This document shows, in pieces, positions 1-10,930 of a stretch of 64,000 nt of DNA. The position numbers and the translations under genes were made by a program. Source of the DNA: Piedraia hortae CBS 480.64 (taxonomy: Eukaryota); contig MU005958.1 in assembly GCA_010093745.1 (NCBI GenBank), positions 1-64,000 of the forward strand. Reading direction: 5' to 3'. Every line of letters starts with the position of its first letter. Positions within the stretch are counted from its first letter, which is position 1. Below the pieces are notes generated by a model. The model searched no databases. It was not told the origin of the DNA and saw only the letters and a program-made list of their open reading frames with translations.

Positions 1-94
1 ATACAAATCTCTACGGAAAACTAGTTGACGCGTGAAGTCGAGAGCCGAGCGACGGTTACTAATAATGCGCGTAATATACCGCATATTCACAACA
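1..94. mobile_element. Partial copy (cut by the window edge) of a 124-bp LTR-like element, identical to 18700-18793
   Basis: 94/94 nt match to 18700-18793 by direct comparison; ends ...ATTCACAACA (TGTTGTGAAT on the minus strand). Confidence 0.85.
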
Positions 95-915
95 CCTTCC
101 AGCCCAGAATATAATCTCTGATGTCCCCTCGTAGATACACTAGTATTCACTCATAAGCACATCTCTACTCTCCATCCATCGTTCTCACACGCACATACCG
201 TCTGTTTTTCAAGAAGTACGATATCAGCATCTGCTTCCCGGGGGTGGTGCGGGATGATACAGGGTAATAGATGCGAATACCTTTCTAACCTCGTAGCAAA
301 TGTTTTTGTAGTAGAAGACAGTGCCATTAACCATACTTTTATATCATACCCTGTAAATTACACTCATAACCAATGGTGATCACTCCGATAGCTCCTCCAC
401 AGCGTCCTTTTTGCTTATGAAAAATGGTGACGCACCCCAAGCCCTTCACTTTTCCCGCCTATCGTTGGCAAAATCAGCGTCAGCGAGAACATATTTCATC
501 TTCGGTAAAGCAGGTAGGTTCTAACACTTTGGAGATAATGCTTGAGAAAGAGGTGTGCATCACCCAAACGCAGCAGGCCTCCTCCGTGGAGCGAGCCACT
601 CTGTCCAGCGTCTAGGCATTCACGCTAGTAGGCATATCATCTCGATAAGGCGAGTCTTGCTCTCCTTTTTAGAGTCTGAAGCACCCCACGGCGGTATACA
701 GCGACTCCAGTCCTGCTCGAGACCAAGAAAGCCTTGAGGAATTTTCCAAGGATCTTTAGGATCCGGTCCCGTTGTGCGGTAATAATCTCCCAGGGAATCG
801 GCCCTTTGACTCTCGGCTTGTTCCGCAGGGCGGCCAGCTTTCGGCTCGTCCCTTCACTCCATCACAGACACTAAGTTATCGTACACCGTGGAGCAAAGTG
901 CAAGTCTCGCCACCC

Positions 916-1362
916 CTACGGGTTCTTGAGCATGTGCAGCAGAGTAAAGTGATTGGGATCATTGCCCGGACCTAGCAGGTTCCAGGGTAATTTGTCCATG
1001 AGCCTTTGATACTTGTCTTGCTCTATGGAGACTAACAGATATAGATGCTCCAAGTTTGCCGTAGTCGCTTCTCGTTCAGGAGTCAGTGAGGGAACGACCA
1101 CACAGCGATGGACATTATCCATGATGAATACAATGCTCATGGAGAAAGTATAATTTCTCTTCTTCCAGCTCATGCCGTGCACAGCACCGAGTCCCAGAGG
1201 AATCCGACATCTTGACTTTGGAAATGTTCGGCCCATCTTGGAATAGACATATGAGGATGTGTGTGACCAATAGCCGAAACGCTGCATGTATTGGAAATAC
1301 GGAAGCATATGCTCGTGGCGCATGTATAGAGTCGCAAAGGACGCTTCACTGACCCGATCCAC
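916..1362 (-). pseudogene. Unidentified ORF fragment in an accessory region, possibly a decayed gene or TE remnant
   Basis: 148-aa ORF with a non-ATG start and no recognisable motif, flanked by short broken ORFs. Confidence 0.2.
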
Positions 1363-2814
1363 GCAACGGGATATTGCGGGAGGGAGCTTGACGGCTGTCT
1401 CGTCAAGCTTGAGTCCTCGAGGCGAATAAAGGAATCATCGCCACGAAAATTGACTCGCCTATGGCGAGAGCGAGCCGCAAAGGAGGAATTCGGCTTTTGA
1501 AATCCCGTTGGCTCGGGCTTTTCCGTGGACCTGTTGAAGGAAGTTTCCCCCGGGGGATGTAGATGGGGTTCTTCGGGCCAGCCCTCCCAAGGGTATGCTT
1601 GTTTGTAAAAGAATCCATTCAGAGTAATAGAGCATTGTGCTCGCTTTCAAAGACACAACCAGCCACCAGCCACCATGTTTTTCACAAGCCGTTGTCTGTA
1701 CTGGAACTTACGCTCTACGCTGGATTCGTTGAATCCGAGCAGGCTTGTCCCGATCCTCTAATGCTGGTATGGCGAGGGTAGGTAATGATATCTGGTAAAG
1801 TATGTTCGCGCTCATTGCGGGGTGCATTTCCGGTGGTTCGGTAGGTGTGTTGTTCGTTTGACGGGAAGTGGTTCGGATGAATGGTATACTGCCGAACTGG
1901 GGAAAGGAAGTCGTGGTTCTATAGGCTTCGGCCGTTCATTGCTTTTTGTGAAGTCAAGGAGATGTTTCGACCTGTGATATATAGCGAAGAGCTTAAGAAG
2001 GGTGTGATGTGCGTAGAGCAAGCTTTACGCTTGCCAATCGTTTACAGATTGGCTTGATGGAAAGGGTTCATATATACCAGATGATCGGTCTTCAAGAATC
2101 ATGAGTTTGTTGTATTCAACAGAGAGATTTCAAAGAGCAAATATGTTTGAATCAATCGGTTGCCCTCTTCGATGACCTCCCTTTGCAATGAACACAAAAT
2201 CTTTATGCATGCTGCTGTATAACTCCGACGATTGTAACAACGACCTTTCAATGTTCGTACAAAGCATTCTGACCGATTCACACTTGCAGCGTAGTGTTGG
2301 CGAAGGCATTGAAATTAAAAGAGCATCGGATCAGTCAAAGCCTTCATATGCCGATCCCAACGCTGCTGTTGCCATAGACAATGGGTTGTTCGCCGACGAT
2401 ACCATGACCGCAGACTCAATCATCAAAGCAGCCATGAGATGGTAAATTAGGACCATACAGATTTCATGCTGGGCTTTCGACATTCATTAGGCCGAAACAT
2501 TCAGTAACTTTTGGTATCAGTGCAGAAGTTTGCAAGTCCCGTAAAACTTCATCCAGCTTTACCTATCAGCCTGTGAACAGGGTAAATTACTTTTCTTGGC
2601 TCCTTTTGCGTTGAACACAATGTGCAAAATTTTCACAGGGAGAACTGCACAGTCTTTTCAAACCCCCAATGTCGTCCATCTTTTCTGAGTCAAGATCGCA
2701 TACCAGCGACCAGTAGGTACTGCCACCCACAATATACCATGAAAGGTCTACATTCCCTCTACAGCATACACTTTACACCGCACACCTCTATCATCACACA
2801 GCCCAAATCTGAGC

Positions 2815-5055
2815 CTACCGCCCAGCCAGCAAATTAAGCGCACTCCCACTCCTCACAAACCCCTTCTGCACGGGACTTAGCGCACATTTAGCTTGAAGCG
2901 TGCCTGCTTTGCGCCCATTCCTCCAAACCTCAAGCTTCACAACCTCGCCATCACCATTAAGTACCTCCCACAGATTCACGGTGTGGAGTTCATCACCCCC
3001 CTTTAAATCATCATACCCCAGCTCCACCGTATCCTTCACAAAAGTCAAAGGAACAATCCCCTGCCTCGCAAGATTCGCCTCATGAATCCTCGCAAGACTT
3101 TTCGCTAGAACAACCCTTCCGCCTAGATAGCGCGGCTGGAGAGCTGCATGCTCGCGCGCGGACCCTTCGCCGTAGTTATCCTCTGCGACGATGGCCCATT
3201 CACGGTTTTCACCTCTCCATTTCTTCGCTAGGGCGGGGACGGAGTATGTTGTCCCATCGAGGTCCGTGACGGAGTTTACGGCGCCGGTATCTGCGCTCAG
3301 GGCGGAGGTGAGTGTGTTTTCGGAGATGTTGGGGAGGTGGCCTTTGTATTTGAGCCATGGACCGGCGGCGGAGATGGTGTCTGTTGTACATTGGCCGCGA
3401 ACGCGGATGAGGATTGAGAGGGCAAGTTCTTCGCCTGCTGGGTAGGGAGGGAAGGGGTCTAGGGGGGCCAGGCGGGTCGAGGTCGGTGAGAGAGTGACGG
3501 TTGTGCTTGGGTCCGGGGTCGCAGGCGCGGGTCGGAGATCCGCTCTGCCTGAGGCGAGACCGGTGGAGGGTAGGGAGGCTTCGCGGGGAGGAGAGAATTT
3601 GAATGAGCCCTGGGGCGTTGGAATAGAGTCTGTAACGGGATTGAAAGACATGTCACCCGAAAAGGCCATGGCAGTTACGATTTCGGGAGAAGCGAGGAAG
3701 TTCATCGTCTGGCGGTCGCCATCGTTGCGGCCGGGGAAGTTGCGGTTGTAACTGGTAAGGATGGCAGACGGAGAGGGATGATCGCTCCGCTTCCATTGGC
3801 CGATGCAAGGTCCGCAAGCGTTGGCGAGGACAACGCCGCCGGATTGAGTGAAAGAGTCGAGGATGCCGTCTCGGTCTACGGTCGCACGCACCTGTTCGCT
3901 GCCTGGAGTGATGAAGAATTCGGTTTTGGGGGAGAGGCCGGCGCTGCGGGCCTCCGAGACGAGGCTCTCGCAGCGTGAAAGGTCCGAGTAGGAGCTGTTT
4001 GTGCAGCTTCCGATGAGACCAGCGGTGAAGGTGGTTGGCCAGTTGTTGGCCGCTACTGCGTCCTTGAATTTGCTGAGAGGAGTGCTGAGGTCGGGGGTAA
4101 AGGGACCGTTGATATGCGGTTCTAGCTCTGAAAGGTTTATGTCTACTTCGTCGTCATAGACAGCGTCGCCATCAGCGGTGAGCAGGGTAGATGCTACGGC
4201 CGAGGCTTCGGCTGCAACGTCCGCACGGTGGGTTGCCTTCAGGTAAGGAACATGGGCAGACTCGACAAAGGGAAAGACAGAGGTGGTGGCCCCAACTTCG
4301 GCTCCCATGTTGCAGATAGTCGCCATGCCCGTGCATCCCAGATGGGCCATTCCAGGGCCAGAGTACTCCAAGACGTAGCCGGTGCCGCCTCGAACCGTCA
4401 GCCGGCCGGCAAGGTGGAGGATAACGTCCTTCGGGCTTGTCCAGCCGCTCAAAGCACCATGTAGGTGGATGCGTCGGACGCACGGTGCCTTGAGCTCCCA
4501 CGGCGCATCGACCAGCGCGTCTACGGCATCTGCACCGCCAACTCCAATAGCGATTGCGCCTAGACCGCCCGCGTTCGGTGTGTGGCTGTCGGTGCCCAGC
4601 ATCATGAGGCCCGGAGCGGCGTAGTTCTCCAGCACCGCCTGGTGGATGATTCCCGCGCCGGGCGGCCAGAACTCGATGCCGTACTTCTTAGCTGCGCTCT
4701 CGAGGAAGTCGTAGACCTCTTTATTGCCCTCCAGACTCTCCGGAAGGTCGACGTCAGCGCCGCGGTCGCCGACAATCATGTGGTCGCAGTGTATGGAAGC
4801 AGGGATGGCCGTCGATGGCAGGCCACACGACATGAACTGTAGAAGCGCCATTTGAGCGCTGGCGTCTTGCATGGCCACGCGGTCAGGCCGCAGCCGGAGC
4901 ATCGTTTGGCCACGCACAACGCCATGGCTAACGTCCGCCGGTTTGTCCAGATGGGCAAAGAGTATCTTCTCTGTCAGCGTCAGCGGTCGCCGGGACGCCT
5001 GCCGTGCCGCTATCAGCCGGTTGACCAGCTTGGCGTACGGCGGACAGCGTGACAT
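2815..5055 (-). CDS. ACO2: Aconitase-family protein, Aco2/AcoB type (homocitrate dehydratase / putative aconitate hydratase)
   Basis: Motifs LTLTEKIL, RVAMQDASAQMA, IHCDH, GTDSHT, IGSCTNS, ACGPCIGQW (Fe-S ligands) and NYGEGSAREHAA; no introns. Confidence 0.93.
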   Translation of the reverse strand: MSRCPPYAKLVNRLIAARQASRRPLTLTEKILFAHLDKPADVSHGVVRGQTMLRLRPDRVAMQDASAQMALLQFMSCGLPSTAIPASIHCDHMIVGDRGADVDLPESLEGNKEVYDFLESAAKKYGIEFWPPGAGIIHQAVLENYAAPGLMMLGTDSHTPNAGGLGAIAIGVGGADAVDALVDAPWELKAPCVRRIHLHGALSGWTSPKDVILHLAGRLTVRGGTGYVLEYSGPGMAHLGCTGMATICNMGAEVGATTSVFPFVESAHVPYLKATHRADVAAEASAVASTLLTADGDAVYDDEVDINLSELEPHINGPFTPDLSTPLSKFKDAVAANNWPTTFTAGLIGSCTNSSYSDLSRCESLVSEARSAGLSPKTEFFITPGSEQVRATVDRDGILDSFTQSGGVVLANACGPCIGQWKRSDHPSPSAILTSYNRNFPGRNDGDRQTMNFLASPEIVTAMAFSGDMSFNPVTDSIPTPQGSFKFSPPREASLPSTGLASGRADLRPAPATPDPSTTVTLSPTSTRLAPLDPFPPYPAGEELALSILIRVRGQCTTDTISAAGPWLKYKGHLPNISENTLTSALSADTGAVNSVTDLDGTTYSVPALAKKWRGENREWAIVAEDNYGEGSAREHAALQPRYLGGRVVLAKSLARIHEANLARQGIVPLTFVKDTVELGYDDLKGGDELHTVNLWEVLNGDGEVVKLEVWRNGRKAGTLQAKCALSPVQKGFVRSGSALNLLAGR

Positions 5056-5104
5056 GATTTTTGTTGTGGGCTGAAACCCGAATATTTTGCCAAGAAATCA
5101 GAAC

Positions 5105-5740
5105 ATGAAACGCACAATCGTCGTCGAACACCTCGACACAGAGCTCGAAGAGTGGCAAATTTTAGAATACAAGACTATCTGGCAAGAGTGTGAACGTGAT
5201 GGCTTTGATTTTATCCTCTGTGGTCTCGCTGATCCGCCCAACATCGGCGAAGTGACTGGCATCCCGCTGCAGTGTCTGCGGACGGAATTTCTCGCGGACA
5301 AGACGTGTCTATTGGACCCCAAGGGCGAACAAGACCTATCGCCCGAGGACGGCCAGAAGTTTGACGTATTCCTCTTTGGTGGTATACTAGGCGATGACCC
5401 ACCCCGAGGTAGGCAGTTTTTACCTTTTTGTGCCCACTGACAGCCAGACCGCACCGCCGAACTAAGGGCAAAAGGCTTCCCTGGCCGACGGCTGGGGCGG
5501 GAGCAGATGACAACTGACACAGCCGCACGCGTCACGCGCATGGTCATCCAAGGCAAGCATCTGGACGAGATAACTTACATTGACAGACCTGACATTGAAT
5601 TGCCCGCCACCGACGGGCCCAAGGAGAGTGTCAGTATGCCCTTCAAATACGTCAAGAACGACAAGGGGCCCATTATGCCCGACGGCATGGTCAGCCTCTT
5701 GGCTGCGGACATGGATAAGGGAATTGATGGCCTCTTATAG
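5105..5740 (+). CDS. SFM1: SPOUT-family protein-arginine methyltransferase Sfm1 (one 39-nt intron, 5409-5447)
   Basis: IVVEHLD..LEEWQILEY, CLLDP, FLFGGILGDDPPR|DRTAELR, RRLGREQMTTDTAARVT; the GT..CTGAC..CAG intron joins the two ORFs. Confidence 0.9.
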
Positions 5741-5790
5741 ACACTAACAAACTCCGGTCGCTAAGCCAAGTTATGTACATGCGATAGATG

Positions 5791-7155
5791 CTATTCACAT
5801 TTGCCCAGCTGCTGCAGGAGATCCTCAGCCAGCACGTCAATGCCACCCGTTTCCGCATCCTCTATACCGAAACTGAGAAACAACATGTCGTCAAGATAGC
5901 CGTGATATTTTTGATTGTGCGCACGCCAGCTCATGGACGTGATGAACATGAGCTCCGAGTCGCCGGAGTAGGGGTGGTCGAGCGGGAAACCCGTTCGGCG
6001 GCCGTGGATCCAGAACGGCTTCCGCGAGATGCCATGCAGTTCAAAGGGCGCCACGTTGCGGAAGAGCATCACGTACGGCTCGTAGACGGGATGAGAACCA
6101 TCCGCCCTCTTCTGGTGGAAGACGGCCATGATGAACGTGTTGCTCGGCCGCACCTGGCACGACGGGTCACTGCGGCGGCAGAGGGTGATGCTGAGCGAGT
6201 TTGTGGCTTGGTGAATGCTGGTCTTTTCCAGCTTCGGCGGGAGGTATTTCTTGAGACATGGAGCATCGTGCAGGTCGGCCTGGGGCCCAAGATCCTGGCC
6301 GACGCTGCCGTCGGCCGCCAGACGCGCAAAAACCCTGTGGGGCGAGATCTCGTAGTGCACGTACATTACGTTGGATGCGTCCCAGAAGACAAAGTAGTTC
6401 TTCTCAAACGCATGGTAGGGCGGCGGCCGCTGGATGTCTGTTGCCGTTTGGAAGAGATCCGTGGCCTTGCGCCAGTGACCCCAGTCGTACAGCATACGAA
6501 AGTCCTGGATCCACTGGCCAAAGCAGTTGTTGTTGCTCTGCGATCCGAACACCATGTACGGCGTCTCTGGCCCGAAGAAGACGCGGGCATCGTGCGGGCC
6601 AATGTTGAAGTTGAAGTAGGTATAATCGCCGATGCAGTGCGGGCTGTACGTTGCCGCCACAGGGGCCATCAGTGGCGGTCGCAGACACGATAGCGTGTTG
6701 TTCTCGTCAAAGGTGGCATCGCAGACGACTTCGTAGTTGAAGCGCTCGTGTTTGGCCCGCACAAACTCCTGCGCAACGATGATGTAGCGGTCATCCTCGC
6801 GGGGGTGTGGGATGATGTTGGGGTTGATGGTGCCGTAGTCGGCGAATCTAATGTACCAGTATGCACCGTCTTTGCGCGAGTGCGAGAAGAGCTCGACGTG
6901 AGTGTCGGCGACCTCGGCCGTCGGCTCAATCGTCATCGCGGGCCGCTCATCTTTGGGCTTCTTGCCCTCTGTAAGGTGCTGCGGCAGCCGGCTGGGCAGC
7001 GGGTTCTTGACATCTGGTCGGTACGGCGCCAGCCAGTCTTGAATTGCGCCTGACCGCTCAAACAGGGAGCCGCCAGGCCAGAAGATGGCCAGTGTCACCA
7101 GGACCAGCAGAATGGCGCAGAAATGGAGCACGCTGGTCGAAGGCCGTAACAGCAT
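5791..7155 (-). CDS. Type II membrane protein, putative beta-propeller glycosyltransferase/glycosidase (beta-mannosyltransferase GT91 / GH130-like)
   Basis: N-terminal TM anchor and stem; GPHDARV and EKNYFVF resemble the GxEDPR and EKNW motifs of Bmt/GH130 five-bladed propellers. Confidence 0.6.
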   Translation of the reverse strand: MLLRPSTSVLHFCAILLVLVTLAIFWPGGSLFERSGAIQDWLAPYRPDVKNPLPSRLPQHLTEGKKPKDERPAMTIEPTAEVADTHVELFSHSRKDGAYWYIRFADYGTINPNIIPHPREDDRYIIVAQEFVRAKHERFNYEVVCDATFDENNTLSCLRPPLMAPVAATYSPHCIGDYTYFNFNIGPHDARVFFGPETPYMVFGSQSNNNCFGQWIQDFRMLYDWGHWRKATDLFQTATDIQRPPPYHAFEKNYFVFWDASNVMYVHYEISPHRVFARLAADGSVGQDLGPQADLHDAPCLKKYLPPKLEKTSIHQATNSLSITLCRRSDPSCQVRPSNTFIMAVFHQKRADGSHPVYEPYVMLFRNVAPFELHGISRKPFWIHGRRTGFPLDHPYSGDSELMFITSMSWRAHNQKYHGYLDDMLFLSFGIEDAETGGIDVLAEDLLQQLGKCE

Positions 7156-7450
7156 GGTGGGTCTTTGGCATCAGAGGATTAGGCGGACGGAGGTGTCACT
7201 CTGCCTTCCCCATCTTTGGCTTAGCCCTCGATAGGCTTTGCGGGGGTGGAGCCAGATTTGTGGGTCCATACACGGATTCACATGGCTCCATTTTTGTTGA
7301 CGGATGACACCTCGTGGTTCCATCCACAAAAGAATTTCAAGTTCAATCCAGAAGGAAAGCTTCGGACCTCACACTGGCTGGCACTTCGTATCGTACATTG
7401 TACACATTTGGGTAGATCAAACTGTCCAAAACGCCTTAACATGACATTAA

Positions 7451-8935
7451 TCACTCAGCCGGCAACGTCATCTTGTATAGCCACTGACAAAACCGTAGCA
7501 CAGGATCGTCGATCAGTGTTGTGGCAATCTCCGCCACCCAAAATGTAAATGGAAGCAGAACCATCTGACAGGCGAGAAAGTTCAATTCCAACCCAAACGG
7601 TCCGAATGCAGGCAGTGGGAATCGGTTTACCCAGTCGGCAATGTTCAAATTAGCATCAGGCCGTGCCAGGCCGACCATGGCATACATGCGGTCGCCCAAC
7701 GATGCCAAGATGGGACCGTGCACAAGGTAGAACATGTAAGAAATGCGGCCTAGGTATTGGCAGAAGCGGGTCTCAAAAAACCGCTTGATTGGCGGCAGAT
7801 GCGGCACCACTATGAGCTGCAGTACCGCCGCCCAAAACAAGAAGAACCACTTGTAGTCGAAGACTGCCTGTGGTACGATAAATGACGCGTAGTACCAGCC
7901 AAACTGCTTCCGGAGCGTTTCCTTCTCGTTGTCAAACGAGGGACAGCCGCCGAGCCAGATGCTGACGACGAAACCGATGACTGCCAGCGGCGTCTTGTAC
8001 GGCTTTAGCCACGCAATGCAGCCTGGAAGCTGGTCTTCAAGTGCCAGCAAATCGAGATCCGAGAGAAGGATGCCGGCACTGAAGAATGCAAAATAGGCGC
8101 CGTCGGCAATGTACATAAAGTAGTAAACGAGCGCTGCCAAGGTGAGCAATCGAGCATTCGTCCGCATGCGAGACACTGCTATGCAAGTTGTGTATACGGC
8201 GATGGAGCCTTTCATTTCTACCGGAATCGACCACGTGTGGGAGTTGTACGTGGACCACGGAAAGCCGCCTGTGGTGAAAACGAAGCTGAAATTCTTGAAT
8301 TCCGAATACCACTTCCACAGTTCCTGTCTGTATGTTGGCTCTGGGGTAAACTCCATCCAGATGCCAAACACGTGCCAGAAATGCCATATTAGAAACGTTG
8401 TGATGATGATGGGCAGGTAGAGTCGCAGCCAGCGGCGGAACAGCGCCGAGGCCACATTGGCTTCCAGCCCAACGTAGTCGGCCGCGTGGATGCACGACAG
8501 CGGCTTGGCAGAGAGCACATAGCCGGAGAGGATGAAAAAGATGCCGACTGCATAATGGCCACCGGTGAAAAAGGTGCGGATGCCCGGGAAGGTGGCAAAG
8601 TAGTATGTTCCGTTGTATCCAAACCCGTGTTGCAGACTGAAGCCGCCAAAAGATATGTGAGCCCAGAGCTGGTGGTGCAGAATGTAGACCAAGAGCGCAG
8701 CAAAGCCACGCATGCCGTCAAGATAGGCTGTCCGCCGCAGCTTCACAGGCTTCTTGGGCGCTCGGCTGAAGATTGACGGACGCACAGCACCCACCAAGCC
8801 GTAGACCATCTGGCCGACATTGCGCAACAGACCGCGTGCCTGGCTGCCAGGGGATACGCGCTCGACGTCGGCGTATCCATCATGCTCGCCCTTTTCCAAA
8901 AGATTTTCGCGTCGTGGCGAGTCGTCCCGGGGCAT
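7451..8935 (-). CDS. Acyltransferase-3 family (OafA-like) polytopic membrane O-acyltransferase
   Basis: RTAYLDGMRGFAALLV..HH, AVGIFFILSGYVLS, SALFRRWLRLYLP, HTWSIPVE, YLGRISYMFYLVHGP; first ATG at 8935. Confidence 0.9.
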   Translation of the reverse strand: MPRDDSPRRENLLEKGEHDGYADVERVSPGSQARGLLRNVGQMVYGLVGAVRPSIFSRAPKKPVKLRRTAYLDGMRGFAALLVYILHHQLWAHISFGGFSLQHGFGYNGTYYFATFPGIRTFFTGGHYAVGIFFILSGYVLSAKPLSCIHAADYVGLEANVASALFRRWLRLYLPIIITTFLIWHFWHVFGIWMEFTPEPTYRQELWKWYSEFKNFSFVFTTGGFPWSTYNSHTWSIPVEMKGSIAVYTTCIAVSRMRTNARLLTLAALVYYFMYIADGAYFAFFSAGILLSDLDLLALEDQLPGCIAWLKPYKTPLAVIGFVVSIWLGGCPSFDNEKETLRKQFGWYYASFIVPQAVFDYKWFFLFWAAVLQLIVVPHLPPIKRFFETRFCQYLGRISYMFYLVHGPILASLGDRMYAMVGLARPDANLNIADWVNRFPLPAFGPFGLELNFLACQMVLLPFTFWVAEIATTLIDDPVLRFCQWLYKMTLPAE

Positions 8936-9646
8936 GGCTATCTTGTCCAGCAGGGCCAAAGAGGGACTTTGACCCAAATCTGGGGTCCTGGGATCTGGAG
9001 GATGTGCGTGGTCCGGGGTAAGGTCAGGTGATTTGCATATGAAGATAGCGGAGATGCCTGGAATTGCCGACGAATCAAACAGGGAAGGGCAAACTGTAAC
9101 CAAATGGCAGTTACACCTCTGCTCCGCCCTTAAAGTGCTGAAACTATGTTCAGCCGGCCTTCAGCGGCGCCATGGAGTTAGGTGTACCCACTTTTTTTTT
9201 TTGCCATGTCACATGCAATGAATAGCCTTGCGTACCTGCCTCGTCGTAAAGCATGCATAGTTGCCTCGCAGCCATCTGGCCTGTCGGACGCATGGCCGCG
9301 CCGCCGCCTCACTTCGTTCCCCTGCAAATTCGGTCCCGTTTTGGAAAGACGCACGTGCCCCATTACCGCGGTCCGTGTCTCGTGCCCCCAAAAAGCTCTC
9401 CGGGTCCCTTTTTAGCCAGGAACACTCATCGTGAACCCAGCACTCGCAGCCCACACGCCATCTGGAAGTCGTTGACGCTGCTGGAAGCTCATAGATCACG
9501 CATTCACTTCTCGGCATTTATTTTCCCCTTCCCACACGCACACACAGACACACAAATTCGCACATCCCTATAGTCAATCGCACAGCAGCATCCAGCCACA
9601 CACACTTTACCAACCCCCCCCTCAACTCTCCGCCCCGCGGGGCAGC

Positions 9647-10930
9647 ATGAAGGTTGACACCAAAATGGGCTACAAAGAGTTCCTCCCCAACGGCGCATCC
9701 GACCTACGCAGCCCGGTCGCGATGCCCAAGCAGATCCGACGCTCGCTGCCGGCGGCTCTCGTCGTCTTTGTGCTGCTGCTCCTGCTGTCGGGATCAGTGC
9801 ATCACACGCGGCCGTCGCTCTTCCAACGCAAGCCGTCGCACTTTCCTCGCAAAATCTGGCAGACGTGGAAGGTCGACCCGCTCAAGTTTGAGGAAAAAGA
9901 CTCCAATGTGGCCAAGACGTGGCTCGCAAAAAACCCGACATACCGTTACGAGGTGCTCACCGACCTCAACGACATGGCCTACGTCGAGGCAAACTTTGGC
10001 CCCGAGGGCCTTAACCGCCCAGACATTGTCCACACCTACCGCGAGCTCACAGCGCGAATTATCAAGGCCGACTTGCTGCGCTACATGGTCATGTACGTCG
10101 AGGGCGGTGTCTATACCGACATTGACGTAGAAGCACTGCGACCTGTCAGCATGTTCATCCCAGAGCGCTTCGACGAGCGTGACATCAGCATGGTAGTCGG
10201 CGTCGAGATCGATCAGCCTGAGTTCAGCAATCACACGGTGCTCGGCTCCAAGTGCATGTCGTTCTGCCAGTGGACCTTTATGTGCAAGCCACACCAGCCC
10301 GTCATGCTAACGCTGATCGAGAACATCATGGCCTGGCTGAATAACGTTGCGGCGGAGCAGAAGACGACGATTGGCGAAATCCAGCTCGATTTCGACCAGG
10401 TCATCAGCGGTACCGGTCCCTCAGCATTCACACGTGCCATTCTCGATGATGTATCGAAGCGAACGGGCCAGGAAGTGACATGGGACATGTTCCACAACCT
10501 CGCCGAGTCCAAGGCCGTTGGTGGTCTGCTCGTCCTCAATGTCGAGGCCTTTGCCGCCGGTCAGGGTCACTCAGACTCGGGCAACCACGAGACCAAGCAC
10601 GCGCTTGTCAAGCACCACTACCACGCCTCCGGCTGGCCTACAGCGCACCCGCGGTACAACCACCCCATGTTTGGCGAGGTCGAGAAGTGCAACTGGGACA
10701 TGGAGTGCGTGCGCAAGTGGGATGCCGACACTGCCGCTTGGGAGATGCTGTCACCCGAAGAGCGCAAGAAGCAGATTGCCATGAAGGAAGCCATGAAGCC
10801 GCCAGAGGCTCCTCCACCAGGCCAGGAACCGCCTCCGCTCCCACTACCACCGCCACCACCACCCGCCCTCCCACTTCCGCAGGATCCCAATGTTCATGAG
10901 GTGCTTCCGCCGCCGCCTCCACCATTCTGA
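9647..10930 (+). CDS. GT32 (Och1/Hoc1-like) alpha-mannosyltransferase, type II membrane, proline-rich C-terminus
   Basis: PRKIWQTW, IKADLLRY..YVEGGVYTDID (DxD), FCQWTF, TGPSAFT, VKHHYHASGW. Confidence 0.9.
   Translation: MKVDTKMGYKEFLPNGASDLRSPVAMPKQIRRSLPAALVVFVLLLLLSGSVHHTRPSLFQRKPSHFPRKIWQTWKVDPLKFEEKDSNVAKTWLAKNPTYRYEVLTDLNDMAYVEANFGPEGLNRPDIVHTYRELTARIIKADLLRYMVMYVEGGVYTDIDVEALRPVSMFIPERFDERDISMVVGVEIDQPEFSNHTVLGSKCMSFCQWTFMCKPHQPVMLTLIENIMAWLNNVAAEQKTTIGEIQLDFDQVISGTGPSAFTRAILDDVSKRTGQEVTWDMFHNLAESKAVGGLLVLNVEAFAAGQGHSDSGNHETKHALVKHHYHASGWPTAHPRYNHPMFGEVEKCNWDMECVRKWDADTAAWEMLSPEERKKQIAMKEAMKPPEAPPPGQEPPPLPLPPPPPPALPLPQDPNVHEVLPPPPPPF

Noticed and set aside
5788..6693. 301-aa plus-strand ORF, and similar long antisense ORFs such as 50740-51525 and 22140-22703
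   Set aside because: These are antisense shadows of GC3-rich real genes and show no recognisable motifs.
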